From the human T2T-CHM13v2.0 reference genome, Homo sapiens, in NCBI GenBank assembly GCA_009914755.4, contig CP068257.2:11488001-11552000 (forward strand): 64,000 nt of DNA, read 5' to 3'. The translations under genes and the position numbers were made by a program. The notes beneath the pieces are model-generated. The model did no database searches, was not told where the DNA came from, and worked only from the letters and a program-made list of their open reading frames with translations. The number at the start of each line of letters is the position of its first letter. The first letter of the stretch is position 1. Below, in pieces: positions 1-17,760 of the stretch.

Positions 1-2057
1 ATGTAGCTATTCCAAGTGCTCAGGAAAACACATCAATGCCCTCGAGGGGAAAAGTGTAAACATTTTAATTGCTGTACATGGTGACACAAATCCATGTTGT
101 TAATCTAAGTGGAAGAGGCTGAGGCACAAAATGTAATTCAGAGTTTACTTGAGCCAAAATGAGGACAGCCGCCTGGAAGAAACAGACCCAAGTATCCTTG
201 GATATGAACTCCCTTCGGAGCTTTGCAACAAGCAGTTTCTTAAAGGCAAAAAAGGGTCCAGAAGTGGGATGATGCAAAGAGGTTTGTCACAAATTCTCAT
301 TGGCTTATGGAAATAACATTTATTATTGACTGGCTATACACTGTTACACTATTATTGGGTGTGGATTATAGTGTCTGGTGTGGCGTTATTGGTTAATTTA
401 TAGCTACTGTGGCAACAGCAAGCAGCCTAGATGAACACACAGCTCAAAGAGGAGCAGGACAGAACTGCTGTCTCCTTTGAATATCTCTCTGGGCCTGATT
501 ATTTAAAAGGACTTGCATTTCTCACATGAAAGTTATTTTCTTTTCTCAATGTCAATAAATGAGAATAAATAGACATAAAATAGGTCTTTTCGAGGATGAA
601 GTAAATGGAATAAAAAACAAAACACAAGCTGAACAGAAATCATAGAGGGAAGAAAAGGTTATAAATATATGGAGTTTTCAAAGTGATTTTAAGCTATTAG
701 GAATCAGTTAAATGTTGGGGGATTTTGTCTGAGTATGGGCTAAAGGAGAATGTCCCTTTTGCCTTCTGAAGTTTCCCTGATAATCACTAATAGGAGGCAG
801 ATAAATAGTAGAAAAGGCAAACAGGTTTCTGCAATGTGTGTACACTGGAGCCCTTACAATGAAGACCCAGACACACGATGGGTGCAGAAGCTTATCTACC
901 ACATGAAGTTTACAGAAAGAATGGGGTCTTGGATCACAGGGAAAAAAAAAAAAAAAAGGTTATGTGAGAAAAGTACCCTGCCTAGAAACAGTGGACTTAT
1001 TACGTAAGTGAAACCTCACTGGGAGCAGTCCTCAGATAGAATAGACAGAAAATGTTTCTTTCAGACCTTTGGAGACCTCCGACACTCAGTTAACCTTTCC
1101 TAGATCCAGACAAGGGGGCAGACCTCAGAGAAAGCCTGGCTGCATCAAGGCAGATTCTCTACCGATGCGAATCTCCCCAAGATAGCTTTGCAGCTAAGTT
1201 TGCATTTCCAGCCCTTCTCAATAGCCATTTTGAAATATTTCAAGGAAATATATTTTGGGGTAAAATATATTAGTTTCCTTCATACAGCTATAAAACATGC
1301 AGGAATAATTTTTCTCAATATCTACTACAAATCCAATATAGCAGTAATTATAAAACCCACCAGATATTGAAGAAAAAATATGTAGAGTACATCACTCACA
1401 AATATTGATACTAAAATGCCAAATAAAATAAAAATAATATCCAACAATATTTGAAACAGTAAGACAAGAAATTGGCAAAAAAAATAAAACAAATATCCAC
1501 CTTGGGGATGAAAGTGTGATTCCAAATTTGGTAATCCAATAATATTAATGATATATTGGTTAGCCCAAATAAAAAATAAATAGGGGATTCTCAGTACACG
1601 CTAAAATATATTTGTTAAAAGGTCATATTCATGTCTTTAAAGATTTTAAATGCTATAAAGAGTCTGATATTCTATACGCAAACATGTGTATGTCCATTAG
1701 AAGAACAGAGGCCTGATTTTCATATGTTACTACATAGAGGTAGAGAAGTGGATAGATTAATTTGCATATGCATAGAGAAAGCATAAAATATAAATTTACT
1801 ATCATACTTAAAGGAATATAAATTCAACATAAAATAATTCAAAGGTACAATTTTAAATATTTTTAAGTTACATTATTAATATTAGATAATATTTATAATT
1901 GTGAAAATATTCAATGCTAAAATAAGATAGAATGTCTAAACGTCAGTATTAAAACTAGTATAAATATTTGCTGGTTTTTACAAGGAAAATTCAAGCTCAA
2001 CCTAAAATTATATAGGAAATAAAAGAAAAATTTTAAGGGAGCTCTTTAATAACACAA

Positions 2058-2165
2058 ACATATATATATATACACACACACATATAACATGCATATATGT
2101 TATATGGGATAGATATAGATTTAACATGTTATATCTATATTTGTATCTATCTATAACTACAGCTG
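2058..2165. repeat. TA/CA-rich simple repeat / low-complexity tract
   Basis: Seen directly: runs of (TA)n, (CA)n and 'atctat' motifs such as 'atatatatatatacacacacacatata' and 'tatctatatttgtatctatctata'. Confidence 0.8.
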
Positions 2166-2411
2166 TATGTATCTACCTTTCTATATATTTACTCAGTGAT
2201 ATAAATATAGACTGGAATAAATATAAAGGCACATATGATTCTTGGATAAAAAGGATTTAGTATCATAAAGACAAATTCTTTCCAAATTCACCTATGAATC
2301 CACAACAATATACAGTTTCATTAGTATAATTTAAAATTTTTAAATAAATTCCAAGATTTATTTAAAGGAATATACATGTATACCAGCAGTAAAGAAAGAA
2401 GTAAGAGTGCA

Positions 2412-6134
<3,723 letters not shown>

Positions 6135-6259
6135 AAAAAAAATTAAAAATAAAAAAATTTAAAAAAGAATTAAAATAAGATGTTACAGAATGTTTAGTGA
6201 CTAGAAATACAATGATAATGTCCAATAAATAAATATATTTTACAAAAAATAAAATAAAA
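6135..6259 (+). repeat. L1 A-rich tail with an embedded 63-bp non-A segment (6181-6243) containing AATAAA (possible short 3' transduction)
   Basis: Seen directly: 'aaaaaaaattaaaaataaaaaaatttaaaaaagaattaaaataaga', then 'tgttacagaatgtttagtgactagaaatacaatgataatgtccaataaataaatatattttac', then 'aaaaaataaaataaaataaaa', immediately followed by the TSD copy. Confidence 0.5.
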
Positions 6260-6271
6260 TAAAATACATTT
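6260..6271. repeat. Downstream target-site duplication of the L1 insertion ('taaaatacattt')
   Basis: Matches 2429-2440 exactly. The next base upstream differs (t vs a), which bounds the TSD. Confidence 0.7.
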
Positions 6272-7436
6272 TTAAACTTAGTAACTAAAACTGAGCAGTA
6301 CTGATTTGGAGTAATGGAATTTAGGTATATGAGATCTCAAAAGCATAGAGCTCAAAGGAGACCCCTGTATGCATGAGAGCTTAGGATGTGCTTTAGAAGG
6401 CATTACCAAACCACGGGCAAAGTTACTTTGGTTTCTTAGTCTTACTAGGTTTGAAAAGCCAGAGAAAAGACTCAAGGCCACCATATAAGAGCAAAACAAA
6501 AGGACAGGGAGAGAATGTGAAGATACTGAAACATTTTACATAAAGTTGTATAAAACATACTTTAAAGAAAATGTAAAGTTTAGGATATACATCAAAATCA
6601 GCAGAACCACTAAATAAATAAATAGGAATTGTAAAAAAGCAAGAGAAAATTTAAATGGATTTCTAAAAAATATTGACACCTATGATTTTTAAAATATGTT
6701 TAAGATATCCCATATTTCACAGGGCAGCCTTTCACAACATATATTAGGACATAAAGGTCCTTCTGTTTTTAATTTACTAGTGTTTATAGGGTTACAAATG
6801 TCTTCTACCCTTGTCTTTTGTCTGATGGTGCAAAAAAATTTTCATAAGCATGTACTTTTGAATGCCTGATGGATTGACATATATAATATGCTGCTAGTAT
6901 TAAAATATATGACGGAAAACGCATGCAATCTTCTCACTGTTTACATAAATTCTAGGTTTCTCCTATTTACCTCAAGCACGTATGGAGCGAATTCTTACCT
7001 TTTAATATTGCCATGGCATTCACATTGAACGTAAGTTGAACTCTCTTATATGGTAGCTGGGTTCAGATTCCCTTGACAATTTCCAGTTCTAACCCTCACA
7101 GTTCCTCAGTGTGGCTGGCCCAGATATTGATCCTACACAGCTGCCTCCTCCTGGTGACTAGCCACTGTGGAACCATTGGATACAACCTACCTGACTCACC
7201 CCACAGACCTCACAGCCCACTTGGACAGCCCCCACAAGCCAGAGTGACCTGCTCAGTTGCAGCTGCAGCCAAGAAATGTGCCTGCTGGCACTCACCCCAC
7301 TGACCAGAGCCCCGTGGAAAACTTATTTGGGTAATGTTCTGGGCCCAATAAAGGCTGGAGTCCCACAGACCCCTTTTCTGTCTCTTGCTCCCCACTCATC
7401 TTCCCCATTTTCTTCAGCCCTACGAGTTGTGCTACT

Positions 7437-7776
7437 GTATTAGTCCATTTTCACACTGCCAGTAAAGACATGCCCAAGACTGGGTAATTTCCAGAACAAA
7501 GAGGTTTAATAGACGCACAGTTCTACATGGCTGGGTAGGCCTCACAATCATGGTGGAAGGTGAAAGGTACATCTCACGTGGCAGCAGACAAGACAAGAGA
7601 GCTTGTGCAGGGAAACTCCCCTTTATAAAACCATCAGATCTTGTGAGACTTATTCACTATCAAAAGAACAGCATGGGAAAGACCTGCCCCCATGATTCAA
7701 TTTCCTCCCACCTGTTCCCTCCCACAACATGTGGGAATTCAAGATGAGATTTGGCTGGGGACACAGCTAAACCCTC
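7437..7776 (-). mobile_element. THE1-family (MaLR) solo LTR, minus orientation
   Basis: Reverse-complement THE1 hallmarks: 'tgtattagtccattttcacactgc', 'gactgggtaatttccagaacaaagaggtttaat', 'cacaatcatggtggaaggtgaaag', 'cccctttataaaaccatcagatcttgtgagacttattcactatcaaaagaacagcatgggaaagacctgcccccatgattcaatt', ending 'gagatttggctggggacacagctaaaccc'. Confidence 0.85.
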
Positions 7777-9350
7777 TTCTCAGCTACCCTCTTCTCTCTG
7801 GATCTGTGAGTAATAAAACTACTTCTGTGATTTCCCATGTTTTGTCCTGTGGCCTGCATGTGTCTGATCTGACCTACACTGGAACCTAACTCTCCTCCTG
7901 GCCAGGGTATCTAGGAGTGGCTCTTGTCAGAAATACACAGGACACAGGTCAGGCAATAGCCACCAGGCATCTCCTAGTCTCAACAGATGTTCTGTGAGAG
8001 GGAGGCCTGGTTGTGGGATGCACACCTGGCCACTGCTGGGGTAAGGAAGTGCCCTGTGAAAGGCACATGTTAAGCATCCACAACCCCCTGCTCAGAACCC
8101 AAGAAAGGCAGGGCTCCAATTGACAGTCACTCTCCAGAGACAAACCTCAAGCCCTAACTGGAGGAAAATAAAACAATGTAAAAATTTGAATTTATCTTAC
8201 TATTTCAATGATCCAGTAAAGACATTCTATGCCTGTACACCACATATTTTCTTCGATTGTGGATATATTTTAGGTAGAATTTTATGTCTGGCTTTCACTT
8301 TAGCCTGGTCCCTACCTCAAGCATAAGGTAAAGATTTTCCATAGTTTCTTTTCTGGTACTACTGCCTGCCAGTGTGGGGTCATGTCCTAGTCTATCTTGA
8401 GGGAACCCCCTTATTCATTATTGTCAGAGTGAGACTGTTAAGTCTTGATTTCCCTGGACAACTTCATTGCATGACTTTTAATATGATTTTTAAATATACC
8501 CTTTACTGGACAATAAATTATATAGTTATCTGAGTAAGAGATATGATCAGAAAGAGGCATTGCCTCATTCAGCTTTTCTGTTTGGTGAACTCGCATATGT
8601 TCTCCTCACCCACCAGTCACCTCTAAACTGTATTGTTCCAAGACAACAAACAGAACTCGAGTGTGTATCTTTCACCACTGGATTTGTCTTTGCTCCATAA
8701 AGCTTAATGCTTAATAGGGTTTCTGTTAGCATTTTCTCTATTTATTTTCCCATAAAATATCACAGGCCTTCTTCATATGGAATTATGGGTGATTTCCTTC
8801 AATCTGCATCATATCAAGTTGAGGTTCATGTTGATGGAAAGTAAAACATACGTTTAAAATATCAGTAATGATGTTTTCCCCTCCTTTTTAGCACATGTGC
8901 TTGTGAGAGTCATCGTAATACAATTCTAGTCTCATGCTTTGATCATTCCTAAGATGAAAATAATATTTTTAGATAAAATATCTGAGTTTTATGAGGCCTT
9001 TAGTATATGATGTAATAGAATATCAGAAAACCATACTTTTTTCTAGTTTTCCATGTAATTCTTTCATTGTTTCACCTTTACTCCTACGACAGTAATTTTC
9101 CAAAACAGGTATCTTGTCATTCCTCCTGTTGTTATCAGTAAATAAGTGAAATGAAGAGCTAGATTATGTAATTTATCTAGAACAAGAAAGTAGAATTGAA
9201 TCTATATTCATTAATGAGACTAACCAGTCAATTACACAGATAGGCTTTTTACATTTTGAAGATCATATGGACCCATTGTCAGATATATTATTATTTATGT
9301 CTATATGGACATCACCTGTGCCTATTTATGTAGAACTCAATGACAGCTGA

Positions 9351-9664
<314 letters not shown>

Positions 9665-10793
9665 AGCTGATTTTTAAAATACTGACATCATATAGATAAC
9701 AGCACCTGAAAAATAGACAACACCTAGCTTTATGTTAAAAAGTGTGAGGGTATCAATATTGTTGTGGCTATTGGGGAGGAAAACATTAGTAAAACCAGTG
9801 AGTTAAAGCTGTTGCTTTAAACTTTGGCTTTAGTTTAACAAATGTTCTCTGGGGTGACAGTATGTACGTAACCATGCTATGCCCATTCACAGATGCAGTA
9901 GACGGAAGAATTTCTCAAAGACAACTGTTCTAAGATTGAAATTAAACCGCACTGGGTATGAAAAGAGAAAGTCCAGGAATTAGCAAATATTTTAGATATC
10001 AGATAAAAGAGAATGCCAGGTATGCGATGATAATCAGCAATGGTTGTTCACAGAATACATCAAATCAGTATTTGAATTAGCTTTTGAATTATAAGGACAA
10101 ATGGATCAAGTCTTGACTCTTTAGTAGATAAATCTTATTAGGCTGAGATGTGTTTTCCCCTGTTTTTCCACAAGGAGATTACAAATTTGCAAACCTCAGC
10201 TGCTCTCATTTTATGCTGTCACCAAGCCAAAAGCTGAAGCTCATAAATCAGTGTGTCTAAGTGTTCACTAGTTATATACCTTTTTGTAGTTTAAGCTATC
10301 TTTCCAACTTCCTAAATCATCACCTTCATTTGACCTTGTTTTTTTCCACTATCACTTCTTTATTGACTACATAAAGAATATAAGTTCTTATTTTGTTATT
10401 GTTCATTTTAGTCTAATTTCATCAAAATATCATAATCCTTTAATTTCCTTTTAATTTCAAAGATTAAATGAAACCTACATAGAAATGAGTGTAAGATTTG
10501 CATTTGCGTTATTTTGGTATTAATTTGCTATCCTCCCTCATACACATAGTGATCACTTCCATGTACGTGATTTCAAACATCCAAGTGCAGTATTAAAAGC
10601 AGTTGTAAATTATGGTTCTGATTTTCATGATACAATTACTATATAAATTTCCTCTTGCTGCTGTAACCAGTTACCACAAACTTCATATCTTACAATAAAG
10701 TGACTGGTAATCCTACAGTACTGGAGCTCAGAAGCCTTAAATGAGACTCACAGGGCTAACATCAAGTTTTGGGCAGGGCTGCAGTCTTTCTGA

Positions 10794-11173
<380 letters not shown>

Positions 11174-11535
11174 CCTCATTCTTGTATCTTAAAAGTCAGT
11201 GATGTTGAGTAATTTCTCATGCCACCACCTCCATGGTTGCCTTTCTTCTGCCTTCTTCTTTCACTTATAAGGAATCTTGTGATTTCATTGATCCCACCCA
11301 ATTAAGATAATCTCTCCATCATTTTATTGCAACCTTAATTTCACTTGAAATCTAATTTCCCACTGCCATGCAACCTAACATATTTGTATGTTAGACTCTG
11401 GGAATTAGGACATGAACATTTTTGGGAGGCCATTCTTTTGTCTACACCAGACATAATCTATTTACCTGCAGATTAAAGTGTTCTTTATTTTTCTGCCTCC
11501 CTCTCTTAATTTTTTAAAGTAATATGAATTGTAGT

Positions 11536-11688
11536 AAAGAGAAAGAAAGAAAAGAAAAGAAAGAAAAAAGAAGCAAGGAAAGAAGGAAGGAAGGAAAGAA
11601 AGAAAGAAGAAAGAAAAGAAGGAGGAAATGAGAAAAGGAAGGGAGGGAGGAAGGGACAAAGGCAGGAAGGGAGAAAAAAGAAAGCAAG
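11536..11688. repeat. Polypurine/polypyrimidine (GAAA/GGAA)n tract, ~150 bp
   Basis: Seen directly: 'aaagagaaagaaagaaaagaaaagaaagaaaaaagaagcaaggaaagaaggaaggaaggaaagaaagaaagaagaaagaaaagaaggaggaaatgagaaaaggaagggagggaggaagggacaaaggcaggaagggag'. It is more than 95% purine on the plus strand. Confidence 0.9.
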
Positions 11689-14600
11689 ACATGGCTTTCC
11701 AAAACCTTGTGCATTCCAAAGGTCTTCAGGACTGGCCCTCGACAAGCTCCTGGGAGATGATAACCTATGAGCCCTTGGTATATGCTGCCTGATGAGAGTC
11801 TTTGTATACCTGAAAACGTAGGTCCTACCAAATAGCTGATGCTAACAACGTGATTTCTTGTGAGCACCTGTTTCTGTATGCCTATGACTTTGTGTAATGC
11901 CATACTAATATGACCTCTCTTAGGGCATAGGGAGGTTGGGAACTAAGTAGCTAAGTTCAGTCACAGGACGCTCGATGCATATGTGGTGGAATCCTAATGA
12001 AAACCCTGGACTCAAGACTGACTGAGCTTCCCTAGTTGGCAACAAGTTCACACATGTTGTCTCACACCATTGTAAAGAAAATTAGTCAGTGTGAAGTCCC
12101 CACTATGAAAGGACACCTGTAAGCTCACATCTGGTTTGTCCTGGACTCAACTTTATGTGCTTTTATGCTTCTGATTATTTTAATCTGGTTTCTTTCACTG
12201 TTAGAAACTATAACCACAAAAAAAATCAGCTTTCTTGAGTTATGTGAATCATTAAACCAAAGGGGGACTTGGGGACCCCCAGTAAAAAGTATATACATTC
12301 TTAAAAAGAAACAGAAAACTGGCCACAGCAGATATTGTTGATGACTTGTCTTCTATCTCCTGGACTCAATGTGTTCACCTGAAATTCACCTGTTTCCAAC
12401 TAACTGAGAGCTCCCCACATCATGCCTGTCTTTCTGATTTTTGGGCCTGCCTGCAAGCTTCTTGAGGCTAACCAGTGCTTCTCAACCACACATAGGAACA
12501 AAGAAGGAGTTAGGGGTGGAGAGTTAATGATTCTAAGGCAATCCTTAAGCAATAAGAGATGGGGATTCCAGCATCCCCATCTCTTTGTAAAGTTATTTTG
12601 AGACAATCTCCATACCTCCATCATTACTGAGCACAATAGCAGTAACTACTCATTCACACTGGCTTCGTGTTCTGTTTCATTTTCTCCACTTCTGTGCTTT
12701 CTCACTCAATTTCTGATTAAAGTATCTGACCCAAGATATTTGTTTCATCATCTATTTTTGAGGGAATCCAGAGCCAAGACAATAACAATGGGAGCTTTGC
12801 AATGAGGGAGGCTGAGTATAATCATCAGAAGAGTACCTACCTCACTGGGAACATGAAGGCCTGGAGAGCTTGCTGTTTCAATGAGAGAAAAATGTTGAAT
12901 CTCAGTTGAATACCTATATATATATGGGCAATAAGTCGTGCTCTTTACTTATATCAAAGGAAAATGCTCTTTACCTCTCTTTGTTGTTGTGTTTTTATCA
13001 CTATTGCCTACACAAGCAGAATATCATACCCAGGATTTAAAGCCCTGTCTGCAGGATTTTCAAGCTCATGTTTTTATCATAAGTCACTGTGCTTCCATGT
13101 GTTTTAAATCTAATCCTCATTCCTCTGCTTTTACACCAGAGAATTCATCACTGACTTATTTTTGACTGACCTTATAGAGCTGTCAAGTACACAATTTCTG
13201 CTGTGACCTTTCTCTTAGAGTTCAGTCATATAGCCTCTCCCTAGATATCATCTCCTCTTATCTTTCATAATAATGAATTGTCAGTTAAAACTCAACATTT
13301 TTAAGATTGAGCTTACCATCTACACACACCATTATTGGTGTATTCTCATAGCCTTGAAACACTAATGTCACGTTGATGTCTGCCTTTTCTTTCTCTGCTA
13401 CCTCATCCCTCATCCTTAGATTATTCTAAAAGATTCAATTAGATCAAGTTGGCTAATTATATTTTTAAGATCCTCTCTACCCTTACCAATTTTTTGTTTA
13501 ACAAATTTTAAAAATTTCTGGCAGGAGACTGTGGAAATCCCCATGGATGACTGTGGTTTTACTATTTTACCTTTCAGTTTTAATAGGTTTTATATTATGT
13601 ATTTTGAAGTAATGCTATTGTATGCATACATATTTATTATTTACATGTCTTCTTGGAGTATTTTCCCCTTTGTCATTATGAAATGTTATTCTTCATCCCC
13701 AGTGATATTTCCTGTTCTGATGTCTACTTTGCTCATCACAGTTTTAGTGGGTTTTGGTTTGTTTGTTTTTCTTTTTTTTTTTCGGTTCAAATAAGTTTCT
13801 TATAAAGAGCATATAGTTGAGTCAGTGTTTTTAATCCTGTCTTATGATCTCTGCCTTTTAATAAGAATATTTTGTCAATTTATATTTAATGTAATTATCA
13901 ATATGATTGGGTGTGTAACTACTCTCTTGCTATATGTTTTCTAAATATCTCATCATTTCTGTTCATTTTCCCCCTTTTTCTGCCTTCTTTTGAATTGAGA
14001 ATTTAGTTTTTAAGATCCGCTTTTATCTCCACTATTAACTTTTAACCGTTCCATTTTGTTTTAATTTTAATGATTGATATAGGGCTCATAAAATAGACAG
14101 TTCTTGTTTTCCTTAGTTTTGATATGCAAAGGCTTTAGTTATCATGCTTTAGTTACATAGCACAAGCCCCAAAACAAAACAGTTTAGGTACAGCAGTGTA
14201 TTAATTGGGACTAACAGATTGAAGTATAATTTTTTTCTGTTAACTCTTCAGTCCATAAAACTATTAAGTAAATATCAGATTTGCATCAAGATCCATGATC
14301 AGTCATGTCACTTTTCTCAATATCTATCAATAATCAATTACTATGTATCTGTTTTGTATTCATACAGAGACAGGAAAGCATCCAGTAGTGTTGCTTCTTT
14401 GTCTTTCAGTGATAAAGGCATGACATTATACAAAAATTGATAAACGACAGAAAATCAGCCAACAAAAATGAAAGTGTGGCAAATAAATGAAAGTGTCAAC
14501 ACCGAAAGTGAAATTCAGATTGGATCTTGATGGATTTATAGAAGAAATAGTTAATTGCGAGAATGCTGACACAACTACCATCCAAAAGATTTCATATGTG

Positions 14601-15051
14601 CAGTCAGGGGAACTTACAGAAGACATATTTACAACTTAAATGAAGAAGCTGATTGCAGGGAAAAGACAAAAGTTTTCCCAGAAGATGTGATGCTGAGAAA
14701 AAAAATTACATTGAAGAAATTCTCCAAGATGTTTAAAGACAATGAACGCACAAACAATAAAATGTTGGACAAATAATCGAATTTATAAAGAAGTATGGCA
14801 ATTCACCAAAGCATAAAAAATATTGAGAGTCACATGATGAGAAGTTGTGCAAATACTGTACAAACTACTCTGAATACATTTCAAAGAAATATATAAAACA
14901 TGTATTTTAATTATCAATGTTTTAAATTATAGTGTACTATATAAATACTAGTTTTAGGGTTGTTTTTTGGTTTTTACTTTTCTATGCATATATAACCAAC
15001 AGTAAGACATTTTTAATATTTTGACAAATGTGTTTATTTATTTATTCTTTT

Positions 15052-15340
<289 letters not shown>

Positions 15341-15574
15341 CAAGTGTTTTTAATGATTGCAGGAACAAGTTTATGTTTTTCCATTAATTATTAAGATAAC
15401 TTTGCCCAGTTTCAACTTGCACAGTGGTTACTAAGGCCCCCCACTGATGTGCATAAAGAGTACCATCTGTACATTTTTTTAACTTAAAACACTCAACCTT
15501 CAAATAATATTTATAATACCTGCTATATAGTTTTAAAATATTGCAATTCTGAAGCCAGCATTACCATGATACTA

Positions 15575-16770
15575 AAACCCAGCAACCTATAATCCTGAAA
15601 TGTAAGACCTCAAACTATGAGAATCCTAGAAGTAATGCTAGGAAACACCATTCTGAAAATCAGCCTTGGGAAAGAATTTATGACTAAGTCCTCGAAAGCA
15701 ATTTCAACAAAACAAAAATCGACACGTGGGACCTAATTAAACTAAAGAGCTTCTGCACAGTAAAAGAAACTATCAACAGCATAAGCAAACACCCCACAGC
15801 ATGGGCGAAAATATTCACAAACAATGTGTTCAATAAAAGTCTCATATCTGGAATCTATAAGGAACTTAAACAATTAAACAAGCAAAAAACAAATAACTTA
15901 ATTTTAAAAATGAGCAAAACCATGAACAGATACTTCTCAAAAGAAGGCATACAAGTGGCTAATAAACATGAAAAAATGCTCGTAATCACTAATCTCAGAG
16001 AAATGTAAATCAAAACCGAGATGAGATATCATCTCACACTAGCCAGAATGGCTATTAATAAAAACTCCAAAAACGTTTAATGATATTTTTTATTGAAAAG
16101 TTCCTGCTAAGGCTAGAGAAGAAGGGGAATGTTTATACACTGTTGGTGGGAAGGTAAATTAGTTCAGCCAATGGGGAAAGTAGTTTGGAGATTTCTCAAA
16201 GAGCTTAAAACAGAACGACCATTTGACTTAATAATCCCATTTCTGGTTATATATCCATAAGAAAATAAACTATTCTACCAAAAAGACACATGCACTTGTA
16301 TGTTCATTGTAGCACTGTTCCCAATAGCAAAGATATGGAATCAACCTAAGTGCCCATCGGCAGTGGATTGGATAAAGAGAATATGGTACATATACACTAT
16401 GGAATACCACACAGCCATAATAAAGAACAAAACCATCTATTTGCAGCAACATGGATGCAACTTGCAGCCATTATCTTAAGTGAATTAATGCAGAAACAAA
16501 ATCAAATACCACATGTTCTCACGTGTAAATGGGAGTTAAACACGGGGTACTCATGGACATAAAAACGTCAACAATAGAAACTGGACGCTGCTAGAGGGAG
16601 AGGAAGGGAAGGAGGGAGGCCGGGGTTGAAAAACTGTCTGTTAGGTACTATGCTCAGTACCTGGGAGATGGGCTCAACCGTACCACCAACCTCAGCATCA
16701 CGCAATATATCCATGTAACAAACCTGTACATGTATTCCATAAATTTAAAATAAATGTTCAAATAAAAAAA
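15575..16770 (+). mobile_element. Old LINE-1 3' fragment (L1PB/L1MA-like; ORF2 C-terminus plus 3' end), plus orientation
   Basis: Degenerate ORF2 C-terminal coding sequence: 'aaatcgacacgtgggacctaattaaactaaagagcttctgcacagtaaaagaaactatcaacag', 'gaaatgtaaatcaaaaccgagatgagatatcatctcacactagccagaatggctatt', 'atatacactatggaataccacacagccataa', ending in A-rich 'caaataaaaaaacaaat'. Many stops. Confidence 0.8.
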
Positions 16771-16927
16771 CAAATATTATAACTGTCTATCCATTTTCTC
16801 TCTACAGTTCTTTGCCCTACTGTCATAGGGTTTTCCTCCTTTCTTTATATATATTTTGAATGCCACAGAAATAATTGTTATTTTGGTTTTAAATAATCCA
16901 TTACCTTTAACATTACTTAAAACATGA

Positions 16928-17258
<331 letters not shown>

Positions 17259-17344
17259 TATGTATTATTTCTAACATGAGTCATTTCTTTTTAAAAATGT
17301 AAATTATCCCAGCACCATTTATTAAATAGGAATCCTTTCCCCCA

Positions 17345-17760
17345 TGTCCAACAATGATAGACCGGATTAAGAAAATGTGGCACATAGACACCATGGAATA
17401 CTATGCAGCCATAAAAAACGATGAGTTCATGTCCTTTATAGGGACATGGATGAAGCTGGAAACCATCATTCTCAGCAAACTGTCACAAGGACAAAAAACC
17501 AAACACTGCATGTTCTCACTCATAGGTGGGAATTGAACAATGAGAACACATGGACACAGGAAGGGGAACATCACACACCGGGGCCTGTTGTGGGGTGGGG
17601 GGAGGGGGGAGGGGGGAGGGATAGCATTAGGAGATATACCTAATGTTAAATGATGAGTTAATGGGTGCAGCACAGCAACATGGCACATGTATACATATGT
17701 AACAAACCTGCAAGTTGTGCACATGTACCCTAAAACTTAAAGTATAATAATAAAAAAAGT
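17345..17760 (+). mobile_element. 5'-truncated LINE-1 3' end (L1PA-type, moderately old), plus orientation
   Basis: 'tccaacaatgatagaccggattaagaaaatgtggcacatagacaccatggaatactatgcagccataaaaaacgatgagttcatgtcctttatagggacatggatgaagctggaaaccatcattctcagcaaactgtcacaaggacaaaaaaccaaacactgcatgttctcactcataggtgggaattgaacaatgagaacacatggacacaggaaggggaacatcacacaccggggcctgttgtggggtgggggg...ccctaaaacttaaagtataataataaaaaaag'. The ORF track gives '[60 protein letters not shown]'. Confidence 0.9.

Noticed and set aside
1180-1560. A-rich stretch with 'aaataaaataaaaataatatccaacaatatttgaaacagtaagacaagaaattggcaaaaaaaataaaacaaatatccacc', which looked repeat-like (old L1 or DNA-transposon relic)
   Set aside because: I could not match it to a consensus motif from memory with any confidence. 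It is left unannotated.
11462-11903. Three overlapping minus-strand ORFs (79-129 aa) rich in F/L/S
   Set aside because: They are translation of the polypyrimidine strand of the (GAAA/GGAA)n tract, which is a pure low-complexity artefact.
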